A DNA stretch of 58,079 bases from Candidatus Moraniibacteriota bacterium (GCA_003483065.1 DMWY01000005.1:1-58079), one strand, 5' to 3'; positions 17,679 to 29,500 are shown, counted from the first letter of the stretch. A program made the numbers and translations. The notes: generated from the sequence alone by a model not told the origin.

Positions 17679-18533
17679 ATGCCAGAATTACCTGAAGTTG
17701 AAACAATTATTTCAGACTTAAATAGGAAGATTAAGGGTGTCACTATCACCAATTTTTGGTCTGACTTTCCCAAAGCCATTAAAGGTGTGACACTAGAAAA
17801 ATTCAAACGGGAAATGCGCGAGAAAAAAATTCTCAAAGCCGAGAGGGTTGGCAAAAATATTCTTCTCCATCTTTCTAATGATAAAACTTTGCATATTCAC
17901 TTGCGCATGACCGGGCATCTTTTGGTCAAAGATAAATCAAAAAAACTCAATCAAAAAAATTTTGCTGAGAAAGTCAATCAATATATCCATCACATTTGGA
18001 AATTAGACAAAAATAAAACTTTGGAATTTTCCGACTTGCGAAAATTTGCCACCATCACACTGCTTGATACCGATAGCCTATCAGAGTATCTTGCAAATAA
18101 AAAAATTGGAATTGATGCGCTAGATTCAAAATTTACATTTGTAAAATTTAATCAACTCCTAGACGCCAAGCCTAAAACGCTAATCGGAATTTTTCTCCTA
18201 GACCAAAGCATAATCTCTGGCATTGGTAACATTTATCGCAGTGAAATCCTCTTTGCTTCAGGGGTTTTGCCGAAAAGAAAAAATGAAAGTTTAAATAAAA
18301 TTGAACGCAAAAAAATATTTGAAAATACTGAAAAAATCTTGAGGCTAGCCATCAAAATGCGTGGCACCTCTGATAGTGATTATCGCGATTCAGATGGAGC
18401 ATTAGGACATTTTCAAAAAGTGCTAATGGTGTATAATAGAGAAAGACAACTTTGTAAAAAGTGTGGTACAATAATCAAAAGAGAAACACTGGGGCAGAGG
18501 AGTGTTTTTATTTGCTCAAGTTGTCAGAAGTAA
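17679..18533 (+). CDS. mutM: Formamidopyrimidine-DNA glycosylase
   Basis: MPELPEVET, HLRMTG, GIGNIY, C-terminal CxxC...CxxCQ zinc finger. Confidence 0.97.
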   Translation: MPELPEVETIISDLNRKIKGVTITNFWSDFPKAIKGVTLEKFKREMREKKILKAERVGKNILLHLSNDKTLHIHLRMTGHLLVKDKSKKLNQKNFAEKVNQYIHHIWKLDKNKTLEFSDLRKFATITLLDTDSLSEYLANKKIGIDALDSKFTFVKFNQLLDAKPKTLIGIFLLDQSIISGIGNIYRSEILFASGVLPKRKNESLNKIERKKIFENTEKILRLAIKMRGTSDSDYRDSDGALGHFQKVLMVYNRERQLCKKCGTIIKRETLGQRSVFICSSCQK

Positions 18534-18554
18534 TTTTTTATAAATAATTTTAAT

Positions 18555-18618
18555 TTACTAAAGTACGAATCGAGCGAAAGTACGAATTCGTAATTTAGTT
18601 TAATTAGTATTTTCGTAA
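18555..18618. repeat. TACGAA-type short repeat cluster with inverted half
   Basis: TTACTAAAGTACGAATCGAGCGAAAGTACGAAT-TCGTAATTTAG...TTTTCGTAA; similar clusters at 42546 and 44105. Confidence 0.7.
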
Positions 18619-18620
18619 AT

Positions 18621-19778
18621 ATGACTAAAAAACAAAAAATAATCATTGCTGTTCTTGCAATAGCAATCATGGCGAGTGGATTTTATTTTTTCAAAAAATC
18701 CAATCCTAGTAATGTGAAAAAAATAGACTTAAACAAAATTCAAGAAAGCGCTGGTCCAGCAAATACCGGGCCAGTTAGTCCAATTTCGGGAATAAGTTGT
18801 GAGGCATGGAATCGTCGCCCTGTGGCAGTGATGCAACCATCCGATTTGCAAGCTCGACCGGCTGCGGGGTTTTCCGAGGCGGATATGGTGGTTGAAATGC
18901 CAGCTTACACATCTTCCGTAACGCGTCTTATGGGAGTGTATATTTGTAATATTCCCAAAGAAATTGGAGCAATACGCAGTTCTCGTCATGATTACATCGC
19001 GATCGCTAGCGGACTCAATGCATTTTTCATTCATTGGGGTGGTTCACATTTTGCGCTTGATCTTTTGAACAAAAATGTGATAGATCACATTGATTGCATG
19101 AATACTAATTATTGTGCTCGTTGGCCAGTCTCCGGAATAATGAGATTGGAAGACACGGGACATATCGCTGGAGAGAAAGTTTTGGAAGCCATGAAAAATT
19201 TGAAATTAGATATGACAGATAAATTCTCTGGTTATGCTCATCAAGAAGAAGCATCAATTGAGAATCGTCCAAGTGGTGGACATCTTCGCGTGGCCTTCGC
19301 TAAGCCTTATGATGTGGAATATGACTATGATAAAAATTCCAACTCATATCTTCGAACTTGGGGAGAAAAAGCTGATACCGATCGAAACAATAATCAAAGA
19401 TTAGCTCCAAAAAATGTGGTAGTGATGTTTGCTAAATCAGAACAGATTGTTAACACGAAAGATTACAAGGCGCTGGGCATGCAAGATCCATGGGCGGACG
19501 TAGAAGTTGTCAAAAACACCGGAGCGGAAAGTATAAGTGGACGATATAATAATGTGGAAATTGGTGATCCGTGGTATGATGAGACGGATAGTGGCCCAGC
19601 TAAATATTATTTCAATGGCAAGGAATATGAAGGTGTTTGGAAAAAGGATAAATCCAAAATAGACAGTAAATTGGCTTTTTTTGACAATTCAGGCACGGAA
19701 ATTAAATTTGTGCCAGGGCAAATCTGGGTGGAAATTTTGGAGCCAGGGCAAAATTTGGAATGGGAACCAGCTTCATAA
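18621..19778 (+). CDS. DUF3048-like membrane-anchored protein
   Basis: N-terminal TM; RRPVAVM, ARPAAGFSEADMVVE, TRLM, GAIRSSR, PGQIWVEI. Confidence 0.8.
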   Translation: MTKKQKIIIAVLAIAIMASGFYFFKKSNPSNVKKIDLNKIQESAGPANTGPVSPISGISCEAWNRRPVAVMQPSDLQARPAAGFSEADMVVEMPAYTSSVTRLMGVYICNIPKEIGAIRSSRHDYIAIASGLNAFFIHWGGSHFALDLLNKNVIDHIDCMNTNYCARWPVSGIMRLEDTGHIAGEKVLEAMKNLKLDMTDKFSGYAHQEEASIENRPSGGHLRVAFAKPYDVEYDYDKNSNSYLRTWGEKADTDRNNNQRLAPKNVVVMFAKSEQIVNTKDYKALGMQDPWADVEVVKNTGAESISGRYNNVEIGDPWYDETDSGPAKYYFNGKEYEGVWKKDKSKIDSKLAFFDNSGTEIKFVPGQIWVEILEPGQNLEWEPAS

Positions 19779-19846
19779 AGCATATAACATAAAACATGTA
19801 ACAATAGTAATTTAATTGTTTCATGCTTCATGTTTCATGCTACATG
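19774..19846. repeat. Inverted pair of CATGWAR-type heptamer arrays
   Basis: CATAAAG CATATAA CATAAAA CATGTAA CAA ... TTG TTTCATG CTTCATG TTTCATG CTACATG. Confidence 0.85.
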
Positions 19847-19850
19847 GCAT

Positions 19851-20828
19851 ATGATTATTTTTCTCTTTGGTGATGATGCACTTCGCTCTAGCCAAAAAAT
19901 TCTCGAAATAAAAAATAAATTTATGTTTTCTGACAAGTCCGGTTCGGGCTTGTCAGTTTTTGATTATTCGGAGACGAAAGAAGCATCAAAAAAAATTATC
20001 GACACACTAAACACTCCAAATTTATTGGCGCCAAAAAGACTGATTATTTGCAAAAACCTAATTTCTAAGGCTTTAGTTGAAGAGCAAAAGAAAATTTTGG
20101 AATTTCTAAAAAAGAAAAAAAATCTCAGCGAAGATTCTGATGCGGTGATAATTTTTTGGGAAAATGAAATGCCCAAGAAAAACAATGGTTTGTATAAATT
20201 TTTGGTGGACAAAAATTCAGGGAGTAAAAGTCAGAATTTTGAAAAATTATCCGGGATAAAACTGGAAGCTTGGACATTGAAAACGATGAAAGAAATTAAT
20301 TCGGAAGCCTCTATTTCCAAAGGAGCGTTGGCAAAATTAATTGTCTATTGTGATGGCGACAATATCTTACTTTTTAGTGAAATTCAGAAATTAGTGTCCT
20401 ATGCGCAAAAAGAGATGATTGGTGAAAAAGATGTGGAGCTTTTGGTGCGAGCTAATTTAAGTGGTAATATTTTTGCAATGGTGGACGCATTAGGCGCGAA
20501 TAACAAAAAAGAAGCCCTTCGACTTTTACATGAACATTTGAAAAAAGGTGATGACCCATTCTATCTTCTGTCGATGTTTTTCTATCAATTTAGAAATATG
20601 CTCAAAGTCGCTGATTTATATGAAAAAGGCAATCGAGCCGAATTTGACATTGCTCGCATAACAAAGCTCCATACTTTTGTTGTCAAAAAAACTTTGTCGC
20701 AAATGAGAAATTTTACATTTTCCAAGTTAAAGAAAATTTATCAGACGCTAGGAGAAATTGATACGGCCGTAAAAACTGGGAAGGTTGAGATAAAATTGGC
20801 ATTGGATAAGTTTGTGGTGGAACTTTGA
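19851..20828 (+). CDS. holA: DNA polymerase III subunit delta
   Basis: MIIFLFGDD, SEIQKL, NIFAMVDAL, DTAVKTG; adjacent to rpsT as commonly seen. Confidence 0.9.
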   Translation: MIIFLFGDDALRSSQKILEIKNKFMFSDKSGSGLSVFDYSETKEASKKIIDTLNTPNLLAPKRLIICKNLISKALVEEQKKILEFLKKKKNLSEDSDAVIIFWENEMPKKNNGLYKFLVDKNSGSKSQNFEKLSGIKLEAWTLKTMKEINSEASISKGALAKLIVYCDGDNILLFSEIQKLVSYAQKEMIGEKDVELLVRANLSGNIFAMVDALGANNKKEALRLLHEHLKKGDDPFYLLSMFFYQFRNMLKVADLYEKGNRAEFDIARITKLHTFVVKKTLSQMRNFTFSKLKKIYQTLGEIDTAVKTGKVEIKLALDKFVVEL

Positions 20829-20830
20829 TT

Positions 20831-21020
20831 TTACTTTTCTTTTTTCCGCAAAAAGAAAAGTAACAAAAGAAAAGCTCTCAGCCGAGCTCACGCGCCAATA
20901 AATTCTTCGTTCGCTGGCTAAATTTACTAAACTCCACTTAGGACACGAATGAGTAAATTTTTAACGCCAGCTCACTTGAATTTATAATGGCACGTTTCGC
21001 AAGGCTGAAATAAAATACAA
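20831..21020 (+). repeat. Long bulged-hairpin element, copy B (diverged arms)
   Basis: TTACTTTTCTTTTT..AAAAAGAAAAGTAACAAAAGAAA and core GCTAAATTTACTAA..ATGAGTAAATTTTTAACGC. Confidence 0.85.
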
Positions 21021-21025
21021 AATAC

Positions 21026-21057
21026 AAAAAACGCTCCATTGACGGAGCGTTTTTTTT
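21026..21057. terminator. Bidirectional terminator between holA and rpsT
   Basis: AAAAAACGCTCC-ATTGAC-GGAGCGTTTTTTTT. Confidence 0.85.
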
Positions 21058-21065
21058 CTTGAAGA

Positions 21066-21341
21066 TTATTTCTTTGCTGTAGCGGCGGTTTTGACTTGTT
21101 TGTTAAGTCGGGATTTCATTCGGGCGACGCCGTTTTTAGTGAGAACTTTCTTTTGAACAGCTTTGTCCAAGGCTTTCAGGGATTTTTTCAAGTATTCTTG
21201 CGCTTTGTCGATTTCGCCCTTAGAAAGAGCAGTTTTAGTGATTTTAATCGCGCTTCGAAATTGGCCCTTAATTTTGTTGTTCTTTTGGGTTTTTCTCGCA
21301 GTCACTCGCATGTACTTTTTGGCTGATTTGATGATTGGCAT
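21066..21341 (-). CDS. rpsT: 30S ribosomal protein S20
   Basis: MPIIKSAKK, LDKAVQK, KNGVARMKSRL. Confidence 0.95.
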   Translation of the reverse strand: MPIIKSAKKYMRVTARKTQKNNKIKGQFRSAIKITKTALSKGEIDKAQEYLKKSLKALDKAVQKKVLTKNGVARMKSRLNKQVKTAATAKK

Positions 21342-21430
21342 TTAGATAAATTTAGTGATTAATTACTTATATATTTCTATCATAGGATAGAAGTTTTGGC
21401 AAGAGACCAGTTAAATGATAAGATAATAGT

Positions 21431-22003
21431 ATGATTGCAAAACTAACGGGGAAAATTGAATATCTCAAAAGCAACTATGCAGTAATAGATGTCCATGATA
21501 TTGGGTATAAGGTGTTTTTGTCGGCTTATACTTTTGGGAAAGTGGCGGGAATGCCGGAGGTGAGTTTGTTTATCCACACCTATGTGCGGGAAGACACGCT
21601 GGCGCTCTATGGTTTTTTGACGAGCGAAGAATTGGAAATGTTTGAACTTTTGATTTCAATTTCTGGCATTGGTCCAAAAGCGGGCATGGGAATTCTTTCG
21701 ATTGCCACGCCCAAAACAATCAAAACTGCCATCCTCAATGAAGACCCATCTATTCTCACAAAAGTTTCTGGCATCGGCAAAAAAACCGCTGAGCGCGTTA
21801 TTTTGGAACTGCGAAACAAGGTAGCGGATATGACTACGGGAGAAAAAGAAGAAGCCACGATTGATTCAGACGCCATTGAAGCGCTACTTACTATGGGCTA
21901 TTCCGTCAGCGAAGCCCGCGACGCACTAAAAATTGTTCCACTGGATGTGAAAGATGTTGGGCAAAGAGTGAAGATGGCACTGAAGAATTTGGGAAGGAAG
22001 TAG
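21431..22003 (+). CDS. ruvA: Holliday junction DNA-binding protein RuvA
   Basis: VREDTLALYGF, ISGIGPK, GIGKKTAERVILEL. Confidence 0.98.
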   Translation: MIAKLTGKIEYLKSNYAVIDVHDIGYKVFLSAYTFGKVAGMPEVSLFIHTYVREDTLALYGFLTSEELEMFELLISISGIGPKAGMGILSIATPKTIKTAILNEDPSILTKVSGIGKKTAERVILELRNKVADMTTGEKEEATIDSDAIEALLTMGYSVSEARDALKIVPLDVKDVGQRVKMALKNLGRK

Positions 22004-22058
22004 AGGGTGAATATTGACAGGCGAATAATCAATTGTAGCAATAGATTGATAGTTATAA

Positions 22059-22080
22059 AGTTCCTAGTATACTAGGAACT
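22059..22080. promoter_or_regulatory. Perfect 22-bp palindrome, possible operator
   Basis: AGTTCCTAGTATACTAGGAACT is self-complementary; downstream of TTGACA at ~22014 and upstream of an orphan gene. Confidence 0.5.
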
Positions 22081-22124
22081 AGGAATAATTTTTAATTATT
22101 TTAATAAATTAATTCAATAAAAAA

Positions 22125-22481
22125 ATGGAAAATCAAATTGAATTTCTTGATTCATCAGAAAATAAAATAGATATTAATAAAAAGGCAATGCCTTTAGAAA
22201 AGTCAAATAAAATTCTTGGTATAATTTTTTTAATTACTACCCTAATTAATATTTTTTTGCTTTATCTTGATGAGCCATCTAAAGGATTAGATTTGGGATT
22301 GTTAATAATAAGTATTCCGATTTTAATTGTAGGATTAGGAAGTGTACTTATTTTAATTGAAAACTTATTTAAATTAAATACAATAAAAACTGGGCATAAG
22401 CATAATATTATTTTAAAGATTTCTATTTTTGTTTTTATTGTAATTATTTATATGCAATTCTTGGTACTTTTTGGAAAATAA
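22125..22481 (+). CDS. Hypothetical three-TM membrane protein, very AT-rich
   Basis: Three hydrophobic segments; composition more AT-rich than neighbours. Confidence 0.65.
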   Translation: MENQIEFLDSSENKIDINKKAMPLEKSNKILGIIFLITTLINIFLLYLDEPSKGLDLGLLIISIPILIVGLGSVLILIENLFKLNTIKTGHKHNIILKISIFVFIVIIYMQFLVLFGK

Positions 22482-22519
22482 CTACAAATCAAGTTTTAAC
22501 TAAATGAACTAAAGAGTCG

Positions 22520-23581
22520 ATGAATAATGATTTTCTTCAATCAAGCGAATGGCGGAAATTTCAAGAGGCGGTGGGGCGAAAAACCTTCTGTGTCACCTCA
22601 CCCCAACCCTCTCCTTATAAAGGAGAGGGAGTTATTGAGTTTTCTGCCAGCATAATTGAGCATAGCTTGCCGATAGTGAGGAAGTATTTTTATATTCCTC
22701 GCGGACCTATTATTTGTCATCCTGAACTCGTTTCAGGATCTGATTCAGAGATGCTGAAACAAGTTCAGCATGACATGGAAAAATTAATTGATTTAGCGAA
22801 AAAAGAAAAAGCTGGGTGGATTCGGATTGAGCCAACGGATTCGCGTATATTAGATTTAATTGGCAAAAATTTGCGAGTAGTTAAGGCTCCACATGATATG
22901 CAACCGAAGGAGACTTTGATAATAGATATCTCAAAAAGTGAAGAGGAGATTTTGGTGGGGATGAAAAGTAAAACACGCTATAATATTAAATTAGCAGAGA
23001 AAAAGAGTGTGTCAGTGATCAGTGAGCAGGGATCAGAAAACAGAAAAAATATTGAAGAATTTTTGAGGCTCACAAAAATAATGTCTGAAAGACAGGGGAT
23101 TGCGACGCACGAGGAAAATTATTATCGAAAGATGTTTGAAGTAATTCCGAATGATATCATAAAATTGTATGTGGCTGAGTATGACAATCAAATTATCGCA
23201 GCTAATATTGTGATTTTCTACGGCGAAACTGCTTATTATTTGCATGGAGCATCGGATGACAAATATAAAAACTTGATGGCACCGCATCTTTTGCAATGGC
23301 GTCAAATCCAAGATGCGCGCAAGGCCGGATGTGTCAGATATGATTTTTGCGGAGTAAAAGTGAATAATAAAAAAGGCAGATCATGGGAGGGAATAACTAG
23401 ATTTAAGCTCGGATTTTCACCGAGCACAAAGTCCGTGATATTTCCTGGGAGTTATGATATAATAATAGACAGAAAGAAATATTTTTTATACCTATTTTTA
23501 CAGCGTGTAAAAAAGTTTTTTAGTTGGGATGTGCGCAAAATTTTTGATGACAAAAAAGAGGATGAAAAAAACAAAGATTAA
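22520..23581 (+). CDS. FemAB/FemX family peptidoglycan interpeptide-bridge aminoacyltransferase
   Basis: FLQSSEW, YIPRGP, KTRYNIKLA, YLHGAS, LLQW, YDFCG, GITRFKLGF. Confidence 0.92.
   Translation: MNNDFLQSSEWRKFQEAVGRKTFCVTSPQPSPYKGEGVIEFSASIIEHSLPIVRKYFYIPRGPIICHPELVSGSDSEMLKQVQHDMEKLIDLAKKEKAGWIRIEPTDSRILDLIGKNLRVVKAPHDMQPKETLIIDISKSEEEILVGMKSKTRYNIKLAEKKSVSVISEQGSENRKNIEEFLRLTKIMSERQGIATHEENYYRKMFEVIPNDIIKLYVAEYDNQIIAANIVIFYGETAYYLHGASDDKYKNLMAPHLLQWRQIQDARKAGCVRYDFCGVKVNNKKGRSWEGITRFKLGFSPSTKSVIFPGSYDIIIDRKKYFLYLFLQRVKKFFSWDVRKIFDDKKEDEKNKD
22594..22631 (+). repeat. CCCTCTCC-type hairpin element in-frame in femAB
   Basis: CACCTCACCCCAACCCTCTCCTTATAAAGGAGAGGGAG, translated TSPQPSPYKGEG. 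Confidence 0.8.
22715..22775. repeat. TGTCA...TGACA palindromic element in-frame in femAB
   Basis: First 27 nt identical to the 10875 copy; translated CHPELVSGSDSEMLKQVQHD. Confidence 0.9.
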
Positions 23582-26500
23582 AATTATTTTTTCTTTATTT
23601 GCAAAAAAAATTGCAATATTTTTTGGAACTGCTTGGAATAAATATAAAAAACTTTGTGAGAAAATAACCCCGCCATTTTTGAGTGGGTTTCTTCGTCGAA
23701 ATTATCCGCTGTTTTTGGCAATTGTATTTTTAACACCAGCTTTTATTCTACTTTTTCTTTTTGTTAATTCGCAGTTGCATAAACAGCCTACTTTTGCAGC
23801 TGATTTTACTGGCAAAATTAAGGTTTCTAAACAATCAACCACACTTTCCACGAATGGTGATTGGTATACCTCGCTGGCTAATTCTGGAGATGGGATAAAT
23901 GGAGACGCTGAAAGCGGAACTTTCAATCCAATTCATCCCGGGAGCGCTGTGGGAACAGAGGGCGCGGCGGGAACTTTTACTTTCGGACACCTAACATTAG
24001 GCGCCTCAACTACTTTTGCTAATGGACAATTCATAGGTTTCAAAGCGCCAAGCGCGCAAAATTTAGCTGGAGTGCAGTTGGTTTTTGAAAATTTAACTAC
24101 TACTGCGCTTTCTAATGTCGATTTGCAAATAGAATTAGTGCGTTTTCCTTCAGCTGTTTGTACCACCAGTTGCACAAATTATGTGACAGGTACGCAAGCC
24201 GCTTATACTTATCCAGCAGATACCATAGTAGAGAGAAAAACTATTTGGCAATTTAACAATAATTTGTCGGGAGAAAATATTCAACCAGGAAATTTTGGGC
24301 GAGCGACTTTTGATTTTCGTTTTGATACTCCACTCCCTGTGGGGCAGGATGCGGCTAATACGCATTATGGAATTCGTATTGCTAATTTTGGCGCTGGTGC
24401 GCCAGTTTTTGGTACTTGGGCGGCAAATGTTCCATACGGGAAATTCCCAACTATTAATGGGACAAGACGCACTATTGGAGTTGATGATGTGGATTTTTCT
24501 ACTGCCGTATCTATTGAAATGCCAACAGTTCTTTCTGGAAATAATGTAATTACGACTGGTGGAATGGTGGCGATAAACTCAGTGGCGGGAGTTGGAATGC
24601 CCAATACTCGGCGAACACAAAATGAACATTGGACAGCAACCTATTCCAATTCTTCTTCTGACTGGACAATTAGTGGTTCAGTTTCTGGCATGCAAGCTAG
24701 AAAATTGGCCACAACTTCAATTGGTTCAACTGGTGCTTCATGGGTGGATGACAGTGCGGTAATGACAACACTCACCAAAGATTTGGACACCGCCACAAAT
24801 ATAATTTGCGTAAATTCAATTTCTGGTTTTGCCGTTAATCAATATATTGATATTTGGGATTCCAATACTGCTCCGGCTCAATTTACAATTTTGTCAGTAG
24901 CTAATTCAAATGCAACTTGTCCATCGAGTGGACCGGCGATTTTGACAACAGCGGCCGCGGTGGTAAATACGCATAACTACACAGTTTTGAAAAATGCTAC
25001 AGTAGCACAAGCTAAATGGAAAGCGAGAATTATTCAAGGCGCGATAGAAAGTTTTTCAGTTAATATGCCAACCACTACCAAGATTTGTGTGGCAGATACA
25101 ACTGGTTTTGATATAAATACCGCTAGTTCTACGGCTAATAATGTAGCAATTTGGGATAATAACTCCAATATTCAAGTTAATCGAGTGACAGCCGTGACTT
25201 CCAGTGGGGACGCATCTTGTGCTAGTGGAAAAAGTTTGACAGTAGCAACTGCAATTACTGCAGGGACATATACAATCGATCAAAATGCTAAAGTAGCGGA
25301 AATTTCCACTACACTTTCCAATGCCGGAACGCCGAGCAATGGCAATATTTTTCGCTGGACAAGTTTCAATCATACCCAAAATCCAATCGGCGCAACTCTC
25401 TTAAGCCGAACTTCTTCGGTACAATTGGCATATGCTAAAAATACCGCTCCTGCCACTTCAAATACAAACTATCCCTTTCTTTCTAATCGTCATTTCTATT
25501 TTGTCGCTTATGGCGATGGAGATACCACTGCTCCCATAGATGGCGACATTGTGATTGTGGGCAATGGGAAAAATGATCCAGACGTTGGTGATTCTTCTAA
25601 TTTAACTAACGATATCAATTGGGCGTCGCGTCAATCTCATATTGTGACAATTAACAAAGATTGGAATGCACCAATGGCTTATACGGGAAATTTGGGAGCA
25701 ACGGCTTTAGCAACAGGCGCAGTAGGTAGTGGCGCAGGATCTTTGGGAAATTATCCTGGAGTCTATTCGTCTAATGGCGGTTGGGTTTCAGCTCTAGTGA
25801 CTCCTGGATCACAGCTCGGCATTGATAATTCGGAAAACAAACATTATCGGGTGACTATTCCTGGAAAAATTGTAGTGGATTCAGATGCTTCAGTGGCTTT
25901 TGGGAAAACAGGTTCGGCTATCCCAGCTTCTTCTACAACAGATATTTTCTTTGATAATACTAGTCCAGCAATGCAATCTAATTTGACAGTTGATTCGGCC
26001 GCTACTTCAACTTTGACTGTAGTTTCCACTGTAGGGCTAAACCCCGGAGACACAATTTTAATTCGCGACAATGATACGCCTGCCACAACTAGAATTGTGG
26101 CGGCGATTGAGAGTTCTACGGTTATCACAACTACAGCGGCAATGGTAGTTGGTTATACAACAGCGCAATCAGCTTATGTTGCCAAAGGTTTAACTACGGA
26201 AATTCCTACGGGGGCTGATAGGCGCGCAGGAATTTACACGATGACAGGGCTAAATGCAGCGGCCACTCCAGCCCAACAAAACAACCGCACGGGACGAGTG
26301 AGTCTTTATGGCAAGGGTGCTGATGCTTTTCGCACAATGAAAAGTGATTTGGCGGTGGATATCGAAGGGAATATTGATTCTGGATATTTAGGAAACAATC
26401 AAACTGATTCAGGAGAAACTTGGGTGGACATAAAAGATAATGTGGTAGGCAATTGGCAACCACTGGATAATATCTCTGTAGCAGGAGGAACTAATCAATT

Positions 26501-29500
26501 GGCAGATAATATTTTTTCCACCATTGGAATGGCTGGTAATGATGACGCCAATCAATTTCCAGTTTGGACAGGAGCTCCGACCAAAGTTGACACAGGTGCA
26601 GGCGGAAGAAATTCTTTGCCAAGCCCAAATATGGAAGTGGCGGAAATCGGGACAATCCCAATGACAGATATTTATAATGCTGATTATAATGGAGGCTCAG
26701 TTTTATTTTCTACTAATTATAATAATTCTTCAGCTTGGACAATTTTTGGAGACAATGCTAATACGGAAATAAATGACGCCGTCTATTTTGGCGATCAGGG
26801 AAGTAATGCTCCCTATACTTTGGAATTTAATTTGAACACAGCGATGTCAGCTGTAGCGGATTATGTTTGGGAATATTGGAACGGAACCAGTTGGACAAGT
26901 TTTTCTCCACGCGATGCTTATGCCTATCAAGTGCGAACCGGCTATGTTTCATATTTATCCGCGGATAGTGTGAATAATTCTTTGACGGCTTCGGTTGTGT
27001 CTGGAATGCAAGCCAACTTTGGAGTTGATCAAATGGTGGCGATTTCCGACAATGATTCGCCGACAATCTATCGAAGAATTTCTGCTTTAGCAGCTGGAGT
27101 GATCACTTTCACTGAACCAATTCCTTCCGGATATACTATAGCGCAAGGAGCAAGAATTAGTCGGCTAAACGGTGGGCAATGGGGATCAATTAGTCCTGCA
27201 AATATTTTTTCTGCCACAGGCAGAAGAATGATTAGTTGGACTCCAGCTAATTTAGCTGGCACCCCAACCAAAACAACAGTCAATGGCGTGAATGCTTTTT
27301 GGGTGCGAGCGCGAATTTCAACTTTCACAAGTTTCACTACTCAACCAACCAATCAGACAACTCCAATTGGAATGAGTGGTCTTGAGCGAATTTCTTCTGG
27401 AACAATAAATGTTTCCAATGGAACACAGGAAGCGAAAATTTCAGAAGTGACTGCGGGATCGAGTTTTGATCCAAACGAAGAATGGATGTTGGAATATGGC
27501 GAATCTCCTGGATGGAAACAAATCGTGCCAATCGTGCCGTCGGCGCCATACACTTGGCATACTAACAGTGGAGTGTTGAGTCAAAACACAGCCACGGCCG
27601 ATTTTCATATTTCTAATGGAGATTTGAGCTGGGGAGATTATACAGTGACCGCCAAAGTGAGAATGAGAACTGTGACGGATGCAACTTCTCGAAAAATTGG
27701 AATAGTTCTTCGTGATACACTGGACGGAAATGGCTATGGAGCGTTGATTGAAAAAACTACTACCCAGCAGAGAATTGGAATTTATCCAATAACACTGGGA
27801 ACAGAAGGCACGGCCTATTCTAATGTGACCAAAGCTTTTTCAGATAATGCTTGGTATTGGGTCAAGGCGAATGTGACAGGAACGGGAGCATCCACAGTCA
27901 TTAGCGCAAAATTTTGGGCAGACGGCTCAGGAGAACCAGGGAGTTGGGATACGACTTTTACTACCTCCTTAGCACAAGGATTATGGAACACAGGGCAAAT
28001 AGGACTTTTTGGCGATGCTATGATAGCGGATTTTGATGATATCTCAGTGGATAACGGCAGTGTAGTACTTTCCGATTCATTTACTGATACAGGAACTTGG
28101 AGATTAACCGGCTCAACTCAAGGAACGCTAACCAACAGAGTTTCTGCTGGTATGCCATACAGTAGTGATTATTTGAATTTTACTTTGAAACAAAAAGGTG
28201 GGCGCGATGGAGTTTGGAAACCGGAGATTGGGGATAAAATTTATCTAAGCTCAACAGCAATCAAAAGTTATAAAGGAATTTCAGGTACGGGGACAGATGC
28301 CATCACTACAAGTAATGCCAATACGAAATATGAAAAATGGGATTTTGAATGGAATCCGACAACTTCCAAATGGGGAGTTGTTGGTTCGGCTAGTGGAGCG
28401 GATGGCTCAGTTGCTCCGGGGAGCGCTTTTTCGGCGACGGGAAACAAAATTGGACTCACGATAAATTCTGGCAATCCAACTAGCACTAAATTTGGCGATC
28501 GAATGCTTCTTCTTCAAGATAATTTGAAAAGAAATAATGGTTCGTGGATTGGTTCCAATGGAATGGGTAGCGCAGTTCTGATTGCTCCATCGCAAACACT
28601 AACCTCTAGTTCAATAACACCTCGTTATAATATTGAAGGTCAAAGTGGCACAGCCACGGCGAGACAAAGAGGAACAATTGATTTTTGGTTTAAGACAAAT
28701 TATGCCGGCACTCCTTCTGCGACGCTTAATCCAAAAGGAATGTATTTGGTAGATTATGCCAATCAAGGCAATTCTGAAAGGTTGTTTATCAGGCACACTC
28801 CAGATGGATATTTGGAAGCGGGAATTTTTGCCGGAGCAGTTCAAAATACATTACTCAAAAAATCATTTTCCGCCACAGCTGGACAATGGTATCATTTTCG
28901 CTTAACTTGGAATGACAGTGATTCGGGTGCGATTATTAATAAGAAAAAAGCTTGGCTGGACGGCGTAGCCTTCACAATAGGAGAAGGACAAGATACAGTC
29001 ATTGGAGCACGCGGAGCCAACGCGGGACTTCTTCGCATTGGGAATGTGTGGACTTATGACGCTCCATTCGATGGATCGATTGATGAATTTGCAATTTTTG
29101 ATGATGCGATTGATACTTCCGGCAGTTGCGATTGGGGAACATTTACTCCTTCAACTTCGGCTTGGACAAATGCCGGAATAGTCGGTTGCGACGATGCGGA
29201 TAGTGATCAAGGCACAAATATTTTCCGAGCGAGTTTTGATCAGGCTTTGAATCCGCAAGAAGGATTTGTTTGGGCGGACTATGCCTTTGGCAATCCCGCG
29301 ATGATTTTCACTAATGGAGCTGACACTGGCAATGATAAAATTAGAATTATCACCTATCCGCAAAGAACAAGAGTATGGGTGGATAATACTGGTGATAAAT
29401 ATACGCCGTCAGCTCGAATTAAATATGGTTCCGGATTTCAAGAAAATGCCACTGCGGCTACGCTGGCTGGCTGGTCGAATAATTTTACGTATCATCATCG

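Noticed and set aside
22059..22080. Resemblance to a yeast FRT site (AAGTTCCTA..TAGGAACT)
   Set aside because: Arm length and spacer do not match FRT and there is no vector context; treated as coincidence.
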